Assembly: GCA_973895155.1 (NCBI GenBank)
Contig: OZ316898.1
Span: forward strand, 6,745,079 to 6,809,078
Direction: 5' to 3'
Source of the DNA: Marsupella aquatica
Taxonomy: Eukaryota > Plantae > Marchantiophyta
DNA: 64,000 nucleotides
Shown here: positions 53,995 through 64,000 of the stretch, piece by piece
Position numbering within the stretch: position 1 is the stretch's first letter
Layout of the letters: each line of letters starts with the position of its first letter
The notes under the pieces: generated by a model
Told to the model about the DNA's origin: nothing
Database searches by the model: none
What the model saw: only the letters and a program-made list of their open reading frames with translations
Made by a program: the position numbers and the translations under genes

Positions 53995-56422
53995 AAATCC
54001 GTCAAACTTTGACCCAGTTTGCGGGGGAGGTCGAGAGCCCTCTCTAATAAGTATCGAATCAGTTCCGTCGTAACCCGCTATTTCTCCCACATTGGGGTGA
54101 TTTCTTTCTGGACGAGTGTTCAGATGTAGTGAACTCCTCACAGAAATCTGACCTTCGTTTCAAAAGTTAAAGCTATGAAATTAGAAACGACCAGAGGAAT
54201 GACCAGTATCAACGTGCACGTGAAACGTACCAATAACATTGAATTCTATCGGAGTCTCCACTGAGGCACCGGAGCAAGAGTAGACCTTGTTGAGTAGTCA
54301 AGAATGCCCTACACGATAGAGCTGATCGAACCGGAATACTTTATCACTTCCAAGTGATTATGAAATGTGCAAACTCAGCTCTATAGAGGACTTGGTTCGT
54401 GGCCTTCTTGGGCCTGGTGTCCTGTTAGTCCCCTTGGTGAACCTTTATTGAAAGGACACGTAGAGTGCCAAGGCACCTTGAAGATCAAGGCATCACGGAT
54501 ACAAAACAGTCAGAAACACAGTATTCTATCTTTCCTGGCTACGGAGTGACTGAAATTCGTTCATGAGATGGGTCCACATCTGTACTGGGTTGCGGACAAT
54601 CACAGAAATGAACTTTGATGGGTTTCTAGGATACGATATCGATATCTGGAACGATTTTCTTGGCCAGCCTACAAAATCATGGCAGAGGAGTTCCTTAGGA
54701 CGTTGGATCACCCTCATAAGACCTGTGAACTGGCTCGGGGACCCTGGAATGTATGGAGACAATTGTTTGAGCAGTGGTTTGAGAGGTTATGACCGTCTCA
54801 AGGTATTGCCTACAGATGGAAACATTACATGTTAAGCCTGGCCATTGTATGAATAGCCTTGGACCCTGTCTTGAAATTGAACGGTTGGTGGTGGAGTAAC
54901 CCACGAGAAGGGTGGAGCCGCAAAAAATTAATTGGTGCCTACCAAAGAAAACGGATGGAAAAACTAGTAGCGCCATTCTTGTACATTTGTGGTTCTTCAT
55001 GGTCGTCAATCACAGCACTCATTAGTGTGTCACAATTTCATGGACTTAACTCTCTAGTTATGGATTATGGACACAAAAAAGTTACATACTACAATTCATG
55101 TACTTAATTCTCTAGTTATGTCATATGGACACCAAAAGTTACATACTACAGAATTCATTTTTTGCCATAACACCAAAACACCCTCAAACACGAGGTCGCT
55201 ACAGTTCTGGGATTTTTATAGTTTTAAACAATGTAAACATTAATAGATCAGTGTTCTACATAAACATGCTTGGAATGTTCCTAAATATGAAAAGATTTGC
55301 ATCGCAAAAGATTTATATGGCACTTGCCCAACCCACACCTTGTGAGACAGGGCTGCTTGAACCTCAGACCCGCCCGCCCCACAGGTTAGGGCACTTTTTG
55401 TAATGCTTAAGTTAAGGTTAGGTATGTTCGAAGGGGCTAAGGTCGTTTCATATGTTGATTTTATGGTGGCCATTGAGAAAACTTATAGAATATTTGAGTG
55501 GGCTTGACGCATGGACCTGAAATTAACTAAAAGTCCCCTTATAATCAAGCACACCTGTTAGGTGTAGGTGCATTCTGTTAATGGACTTTCAACAGAATGC
55601 ACCTCTACCTTCATGAAATTGGACTATCACAAAACACGGAGCTTCTTGGACTTCAAAGGAAATATCACCTGTACACTTGAAATTGAGGTTTCAGAGAAAG
55701 AGCAGAGAGTTGAGGTCATAAATACCACTGCAAGTGGTGCAGTAACGCTGAGTGAATGGACTGAAGACCTTCCAAAACGCACGTTAGAAATTGGTATATA
55801 TGTTATTCACTCGTCGCCCAATCCTTGTGGGAGAGTATTCAAACAATGTTCTATACTCGTCAATATGATTGACAAAGGGATATACATGCATTCAAGTATT
55901 TTTCTAAGGTATTCGCACCATTATAGGGACTAAAATTAGTTCGAACAGATCACGCAATCGACCTCTACTACCAGAGGTTTGTTGTATGTCAGGTATGAAT
56001 GCTTCGTTTTTATGGAAATAAGCTTTTCATGAAGAGGTTCATCTTTGCTGGGAGCCGGGCATGGTGCCAAGGAAAACAGTATATTCAGAAGTCAAACCCA
56101 ATCACATGATGACCCATGACAATTTCTAAAATTTTGTTCCCTTGATTAGTATGCATTCTTTTTCGTTCAATTTCAGTCCAGCTGATGTGGGATACCCACA
56201 GGCCAATCTTTCATATCCAGTTTTTCCGTTAAGACGCACTTTATAAGCAGAACCCAAGAATGGGTGAGTACAAATACCCCGAAGGATGAGCAAACTAGTG
56301 CCAGAGTTAATTAAATATATATACCATAGGTAACTCTTACCAGCCTCACTGAAAAGAGATGATGGTTGATCGTTCCAGAGCAGATCGTCATGTAATAAAT
56401 TCAACTAACCAGAACAACCAGC

Positions 56423-59309
56423 TTACCGGGCGTAATTTTCGTCCAAGGATGACGACCTTGGAGACTCTTCAACTCCTTCCATAGGGGTGAAGCTGCTGTC
56501 CTCAGATGACTCTTGTTCAGAAGACTCTTGCGAATTGTCTCCTTCGTCTCTACGTGCTAGCTCGTCTTCCAAAATTTTCAGGGTGGCATCACTCCCAGAT
56601 TCTCTACCGTCGTCTTCAGGGGTAAAACCATGCCTGCAAAATTAAATGAACATTCGTCACAAAATTTCGTTTTTCACATGCTGGGTAACCTGAAACTGCA
56701 CAGGAAGCCACTTATTGCCAAGCTACCATAAGGTTGGAGCATGCACAAACCGAGCCATAGCAAGAATATCAGCCCCCTGATGTACTAAAAACTTTACAGC
56801 ATCAGGTTGGCCCTCTGATGCAAGAAAACAGAGTGTTGTCCGCATAATCTACAGCATTGGGATCCACTCTCTTGCTTCACCATATTGGTAACGTACCGCG
56901 TATCTCCTGTAGCTGCAGCTTTGCAAAGTTCTACGCCAAACTCCTGCAAATGAAAGCTACTGTCAAGAGCCCTTTCACACAACTTGAAAACATTAAATAC
57001 TTAAGAGTTCCAAACCTCTCGCAATGCTACAGACAGGACCTCACCTGTGTATCTGTTATTGCTCCACCTTGAAGAAGGACTTGGGCAGTGGCACCATAGC
57101 CTCCTCTCAGGGCGCCAATAAGAGGCGTATTCCCTGAACTGTCTGCAAAAACGACAACCAATCCGCTAAGCCTTGATAATAAAAAGTCTCAAACTGGTAT
57201 CCTCACATCTGCTGACTCCCTTGTCACTTTCTTATAATTGTCCATCGAAAATTTGGTTCTATTTACAGCGAAGTGAGGGGAAGGTCTGCAACAATCTCCT
57301 ACAACACAAAAGAGGGATTAACAGATTGGCATCGTATAACTGAATCCTGTTAGACTGCCAATAGCACTCTATTGGCCCATGGCAGAAATTATGAAGGATG
57401 AAGGGCTGGTTCTGTAGTTGACCAAACGCAATGGAAATTCTGTGCATTTAGCAGAAATGCCATAAATTGAATCGGCAGTCTCTGATAGCTTGAATGAGAG
57501 GTAATCCGAGTATACTTACCTTGCTTATTCACATCAGCGCCTTGCTTCATAAGAAGTGCCACGGTTTCAGTATGACCTTTCGCAGCAGCTGCATGCTGTG
57601 AAATCCACCAATGCGAGATTTTTCTTAGTGCCGTGACTTGATCACGCACACTTTCTCAGACAGGATCATCCAGAAAAGTGTACGTCCCAGACTAGAAATA
57701 AGTTTCTACGATTATGACTGCACTTGCCATCCGCTAGAAGGTGCGGAATCCGAAAATTGAAAGTTTCTCTTTTACTTTCTCAGCGACCGGTTATCCAAAA
57801 GAATAACACGCCTTTCTTGCCCAAACTCAATTGTTTATCTCTTATTATGGTGGGTCGCTATCAGCGGCCTCCTTTTCTAAAAAAAATAGAATCAATTATG
57901 GCGTGCCGCCCGCTAGAACAATTTGCAATTTGCAATTATTCAATTGTCTCCTATTCATAAAGTTTTTAACGGATCTGACAGGATGACAACAGTGAGAAAT
58001 ACAGAACTGATGTCTAAATATAGAAAGTCAAACTAAATTCATATTCAGCGTTAATGATAGTTCAGGGTTACTGCGTAGCACGAACAATAAGGTCCTCAAA
58101 GGAACACATGATCCAGGAATACAAAAATCAAGATCAATATGTGACAACGCTTTCAAAGTATACGAGTGACTTACGAGGGGTGTTCTGCCATCGTAATCTG
58201 CTGCAGAAGGGTCGACCCCCTTCTGCAATGTATCTTGAATCTCCGATGTCTGCCCTTGTGATGCAAGCTCCCATATCGTCTTGGACCCCATTCTACTTGG
58301 TGAAAAGTGTCTAGAATACAAGTCCCGCTCCTGATCCCCTAACTTTCTGACAGCCATTGCCATTTCAAACGCTGCCACAGCGTACTGAGCTGCTTGTAAT
58401 GGTGTCAAAATATGCATCATCTCCCGCAGAGTGCGCAATCGTAGATTCTCGGCCTCGATCAACAGGTCTCGTAATTGCGCCAGTTTAGGTTCGATGGCCT
58501 CACGTACCTCAGACAAGTCATTAGTCTCACTCGGTGGTGGTTCTGTAGTCGTTGCTCTGGTCATCTGCTGATCTGCGACTAACATCTGTTGTCATACCAG
58601 CTCTAATGTTAGTCCACCAAATGCAAATTCACCAAATCCTTTGTGTCCTCGCAGTACCTTAACCACATGGGAAAGGAAGCTTCGGTGTTATTCACACGGT
58701 GCTTTCTGAGCGATAATACTTACAAAAGTTGACAAGCAAAACACACAATATGGAGGCAGATGTCGTCTTTATACAAGAATATTTAAAGCCAAACAGACTC
58801 TAATTCTCTTATCGGTCTCCCCAAAGATAGCCAACAGTAGAGCTTATGGAGCTCACCTGTAAAACCGCTAGTCGGTTGGAAATGTCATCCTCTGCATCCC
58901 TAGTTTTCTTTTGCATGAAATTAAGTTTTCCCAGTTGCTTTGCAGATAGCGCGGCCATAGATGGCACTTCTATCCCGTCCAAAAGCTTTCTAAGTTCATT
59001 CTCTATCTGTATGCCCATGAGGGAGTACGCAAGCACGACAGCAGTTGTGGGTCTCCATCCCCCCATCCACAGAAATCCAGCTTCTATAGGAGTTCTCCAC
59101 ATTCCAGCCGCTACGTAGGTGACATCTTCTCGTGCCGCTTGAATCTTTGCATCCACATACTTGCTGTAATGACTGTAGCATACCTCCACCAGGCAGGCAA
59201 TCTCTACAGTCGACTTCTCACTATCTACTAACTTTCTCAGAGGATCTAGGATAGCCGTCTCTTCTTCCAGCCATTCCCGGTAGAATTGCTCAAATCCTGT
59301 ATTTGCCAT
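56423..59309 (-). CDS. DOG1-domain protein with C-terminal ankyrin repeats. Exons: 59309-58857, 58585-58175, 57595-57520, 57142-57045, 56943-(56897 or 56751), 56633-56423.
   Basis: DOG1/TGA-C domain 'FEQFYREWLEE...HYSKYVDAK...GMWRTPIEAGFLWMGGWRPT...AENLRLRTLREMMHILTPLQAAQY' with no bZIP. Ankyrin motifs 'GVDPSAADYDGRTPL|HAAAAKGHTETVALLMKQGADVN', 'GNTPLIGAL' and 'HGFTPED'. Exon 5 carries frameshifts. Confidence 0.88.
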
Positions 59310-60104
59310 GGCTGCAGACCAGACTGACCACCGTTCTCCTGGATGTTCAACTTTTCTTAGGCCTTAAAGAGTCCTCCAGTTGGAAACATGTGCGGTGACG
59401 TTCGTCGTGCTGCAAGCGCAATGCTTGATCATTATGCTTCACCTGTGCTCTTGAACACCGCCTGCTCTATCCATGTAAATGGTGGCAGAAAGGTGCTCAA
59501 ACCAAGCTCCACAGGCTGGCTCTAAAGACTGTGTTCCATAGGCAGGAGTGAGCAACAAAATCTTCCCAGCTGAACTGAACTACCCAACCCAACTTGCAAT
59601 TTTGCGAAGGTGACCGACCGACGGATGAACCGACCGGCCGACCTACAAAGACTTCAGCAGAGGTTGGCGTCCTGCAGACCACTTACCCTCATAACACAGA
59701 AATTCTCCATCCATTCCACACTAGAACTAGCCGTAACTTAATGCTTGGTTCTTCTGAGGTATGACCGAGTCCACATTTGAGAAAGTAATCAGTTAAAGTT
59801 CAGTGTGTGAGGATTCACTCACTGAAGGCATTACTACTCCGAAAACCCGGAGAAGAACAACAAGACCTGTCCACCCTTTCGTATTTCGCAGCTCACTCCC
59901 CAGCCCTCCCGTGTCTTGTCCCAAGACAAGATAGAATGCACTGATAGACCTCACTACAACTTCTTTCGTAACTCTAAAATTGATAACCCAGTCTGCATGC
60001 AGCAATCCAGCTACGTGGACTGAGCAAGCAGCAAACAACCTGAACGATGGATCCCAGGTGGAGCTACTTGCAGGATCTATCTGTCTATCTATGGATGCAA
60101 AGAT

Positions 60105-60475
60105 GCGGCACACCAGCCAAGCGAATTCTCCGCAGCAAGGCAACAGCAAAGATAGAACTTTCAGTGACCGCTCCTTCACCGATCGGGCCCAAATTGAAAC
60201 TCAGCTCCTCTGCAACGAAAGGCTAAGAAATCTTGTCACAATTCGAGAGTAAGCTGACAATCCTGGACTGGACCGAAGTGGAAATGCATCTGCAAGGTGC
60301 AGACCAGGCAAGCGAATTCTCTGCGGCAAAGACAGCAGCAACGACAGACCTTTCAGTGGCCGCTCGTTCACTGACCGAGCCCAAATTGAACCGCAACGAC
60401 AGCAGAGATATATTGTCACAATTCAAGACCGAGGTAAGATTCCTAGACTGGACCGCAGTCGAAATGCAGCTACAC
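60105..60475. repeat. Diverged tandem duplication of about 190 bp upstream of (or in the 5' leader intron of) the DOG1-ANK gene
   Basis: 'gcgaattctc.gc.gcaa...ctttcagtg.ccgctc.ttcac.ga.cg.gcccaaattgaa...ttgtcacaattc...cct.gactggaccg.agt.gaaatgca' occurs at about 60121 and 60312. Confidence 0.75.
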
Positions 60476-63229
60476 CAGAAGAAATGGTCCAGCGAGGTCA
60501 GGGTAGGAAAGACTTTCCTCTTGAAAAGAACGAGGCAGGGGAAGGAAACTCAAAGCACTCCTACAGAGCTTAGCCTTACAAGCACTACACCTTGATTGAG
60601 TCGCTATATCGACCCCAACTTATACAAAAAGGAGAAGAATGGAATAAAAACAGACCGACAGCAATCGACAGGTCGTGGCTCGCTGGGAGGCTTTTCAACT
60701 GTAGTGAAGAGACAGACAATCGATCTAACGCAGCTGCAACATCGCCCACTGCTCACTGTGCTTCCCCAACAACATCTCGGTGCAGAAAGCAAATCAAATC
60801 TACAGTTCTCAAATCACGAAACCCTAAAACTCCCTCTTCGCTCCACCCAGAAAAAATTCACAGAAATGTCAAGCATCAGCCGATCGTGCCACTTCTACAG
60901 GACAGCGACGAAATCATCGAGCTGGGGATTGTTGAGCTTCAAAATAGTGCGCAGAGAAACAGAGGAGCTGCGTATTGAATGTCGATCCGGAGCAAATTCC
61001 TGCCACATGCGTGTGAGCGCAACCAAAGCCCCATCTTTTTTCGTATCCTCAGAGTTGAGTGCACTAATTGTGTCCTTCCAATCTGACGGAGGGGAGATGA
61101 TCTCAGCCGTCGATTCTCGGCGGCGATTGGCTGTGCTACAAGAAAGTTCAGGACGGTCCTGTAATTGCCATGGGACCCACCCCCACCCCCTTTCCCAGCA
61201 TTCGAGTATTCAGTCCGTAAAACGGGGGTGTAGCTTTCGTAAGAATATACAGGAGCATACGGTTTTTAGTAAAGTGCCCTTGAAAACTGCCGAAATCATC
61301 ATCACACACTTTTAGTAACCCTTGAAATATTCCGAATCATCATCACATTGTTCTGGTAATTTAGTAATTAACATCTATGTACTGTGTCGATGCTATAAAG
61401 CGCTGTACTGGAAGGGTTGCAAAACTAGATTTTTGAGCTAGATATAGAGTGTGAACTGTACTGTGGATAACTTAAGTCCCTTTCTCAAGAATGCACTACA
61501 ATTTGAAATTTGTCCCCTACCTGTCTCTGGTTAGAGAAAATTAAAATCTGAACCTATATGAAAATTTGAGTTTGTTTCAAGTGCGAAGCAAGGAGTAATT
61601 AATTGAAAATAGATGGAGTGAAAATCTTTCGGGGATGAAAGTGTAGTTAAACCAGTGTATATTTTGCCAAATGTTATTCAAGAGTTGGGACACCTTGTTA
61701 CCAGGCATTATAGCTACCTGGAAACATAGCATTCATATATGCATAATTTCTGAGTAATTAAAGAAAAAATTGAATATGGTTAATTGCAAACAATCATACC
61801 ATACACACTATTGCCATAGACAAGCTATTCTAGCTTGTGAAACTGACTGCAGAATTAACCCCATTTCCTGAACCCATCTCCCATCTCCGTGCCAGACGGT
61901 TAACCTCACTCATATGGTTACCCGTATGTTGATCATAGGAGTTACTTTAACTCGCGTACCATAATAGGGGCCAGTTACTCACTGTCAGTTAATTTGAAAT
62001 GAGGGAAACAAGACCTTTCTCACTTTACCTGGGGCAAGTTTGTAAAAGCCTAAAATAGGAGTATACTGTGCATCTCGAGGCACACCATGCCTACTGGAGG
62101 GGGAATTCTAGAAGTTGATGCTGAAATGGGTCACAAGGCTTGGCACGTTTGGCACGCAAAACGGTGAACATTTATACATAAGAAATGTGCTACCTAAGTA
62201 AACGTTAATGTTTCAGAGTGGTAGATATGGTATCTAACAATCTATTCCAAGATCTTGTGAAATGAATGTTAAGCTTTTGAAGTTATCTTGATCGAGTTCT
62301 CTAATCATAAAATGGAATAAAGTACATAGAGCCCCAAAACCAGGCTATGAAGATTTTTGTCTTTCCTTTAAACTTTTTGATATTGATGCTCCCCACGTCA
62401 TCACTGATCGTATCAGAAAAAAAGGAACGTTCTTCGATGCAGGGTCTGGGAAGGACACATCATCAGAGCCATTTGCCCTGCCTTAAATCCATGCAAGATT
62501 TTAGTCTTTGGATATTGCTTTGCTCCCTGTGTCTCCCGTTGGGCGCTTTTTGTTAGAATTTAAAGAAGAGAATGCAGTGAGATATATAACACACTCCAAA
62601 AGGACAAAAGGGAAAAGCCCAATAAGGGGGAAAGGGGAAACACTCATGAGAGGCAGAGCATTTTAAGATTTGTCCACTACTTGTCTGATGGTAAAGAAAG
62701 TAAGATCTGACCTTGCAGGAAATTTGGGATCACCTCAAGTGTGAAGAATGGAGAACCAAGATCGCAAATAGTACAAGTGATCTTTCAAAGATTAAAGTGT
62801 ACTAACTCCTTGCATCTACACACTATAATATTTAACCCCACGGACTGGTGGGTAGTCTGTTTATGCATTGTCACCTCGGCCTTAAATCCTGGCAGTTTGC
62901 TGAAAAACTATTTTTTAATCATCATTTGATCAGCCAAAACACCTTCCGCACCTTCCATTGCCTCCCCCTCCACCCAGTGCACACTCAGCCTCACCTCCAT
63001 GTCTTGTCCTGTGTGCCTCACCTCGCCATCCATACCTCACCATTGCCTATCTTGTAATGCACAGGCATTGGGTTACTGAATAATAATCGCCCCTTAGAAC
63101 TCAGGCTAAGCCCTCATTTCCGGAGTCGTTCTAGCTCAGAGTGCCTTGAAACAGTATCTTACTATATATAGCATGTTCATCCTGGAATATGCTTCATTTT
63201 TGTCTTGTAGTGAAGTGTAGGTGATTAAA

Positions 63230-63500
63230 TTTCTTTTTGGATGTTGAATCATTTTTGTATTTTTAAGATTGAGTGGGGTACAATACAAGAGTAAACATAT
63301 AGCACATGCAAAGAAACTAGGATATGTTAAGATTGAGTGGGATAAAATACAAGAATAGTTCTTTTTGGATGTTGAATTGTATTTTTAAAGATTGAATGGG
63401 GTACTATACAAGAGTAAAAGTATAGCACATGCAAAGAAACTAGGATTTGTTAAGTTTGAGTGGGATAAAATTCAAGAATAGAAGTACAAAACATGCAAAG
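63230..63500. repeat. Tandem duplication of about 128 bp with internal sub-repeats
   Basis: 'ctttttggatgttgaat...aagattga.tggggtac.atacaagagtaaa..tatagcacatgcaaagaaactaggat.tgttaag.ttgagtgggataaaat' occurs twice. Confidence 0.8.
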
Positions 63501-64000
63501 AATATATTTCACATTTTGACCAGGAAAGGTAGAAGTCTATGGTACAAAGGTACCAAAGAGCTGTACACATAAAGTGCAAATATTCACTTGCCTTAGGTAA
63601 TGACACTCAAATCAATCAAAACCATTAATTGAGAAAATAAAACCATGATGAAAACACAAGACAGGAGATGTCAACATTGTTTAGAACCAGTTTTTTCTCT
63701 CACTCATGAGAAGAGATAGAATCTAGCTCTAGTTGTAGCAAATTCCTAAGGGATTGTTTGCACATTCAATACTGAAATCTAAGACTGAAGCGAAAGAAGA
63801 GCTTTTGAATAGCAAATATAAAAAACAGTAAGAAGGGTGCCAAAATTAATTCAAAATCTGAATAATACAGATGATGCATCTTGTAAAGGCACATTGAAAT
63901 ACAAAAACACAAAAAAAAAACAAAATCATGATAGGTGGATTTGCCATATAGGAGCATAAGAAATTATATACATAGACCAGCTTTTACACATTATCTGGTC

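Noticed and set aside
60592-61315. 239-aa and 128-aa plus-strand ORFs
   Set aside because: Non-ATG starts and no recognisable domain. They lie in the probable promoter or 5' leader of the DOG1-ANK gene.

Overview
This is eukaryotic nuclear DNA from a land plant, most likely a non-seed plant (inferred from a DOG1-ankyrin gene and a Sola/DUF7869-type transposase relic). I can support seven protein-coding genes: mitochondrial Fe-S co-chaperone HscB (2 exons, -), an MTP1-type CDF zinc transporter with a very long His-rich loop (-), a ZDHHC16-like DHHC S-acyltransferase with about 10 exons (-), intronless AUGMIN3/HAUS3 (+), intronless organellar GatB (-), complex I 24-kDa subunit NDUFV2 (10 exons, +), and a DOG1-domain/ankyrin-repeat fusion (-). 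The region from about 9.4 to 26 kb and the region from about 32 to 42 kb are transposon-rich. They hold a full-length but stop-disrupted Ty1/Copia element (344-bp LTRs, TAATT target-site duplication), two Helitron 3' ends from one family, a non-autonomous CACTA-like element, a MITE-like element, a decayed DUF7869/Sola-like transposase, a roughly 4.7-kb LTR-like element carrying an orphan coiled-coil ORF of about 640 aa, and several tandem repeats. The strongest second-look items are: (1) apparent intronisation of a frameshifted ankyrin repeat in the DOG1-ANK gene, with a cryptic donor that restores the frame; (2) a U12-type intron immediately after the DHHC motif; (3) the orphan ORF inside the LTR-like unit; (4) adjacent intronless AUG3 and GATB. 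Gene models were built by eye from splice signals and family motifs, and no database search was run.
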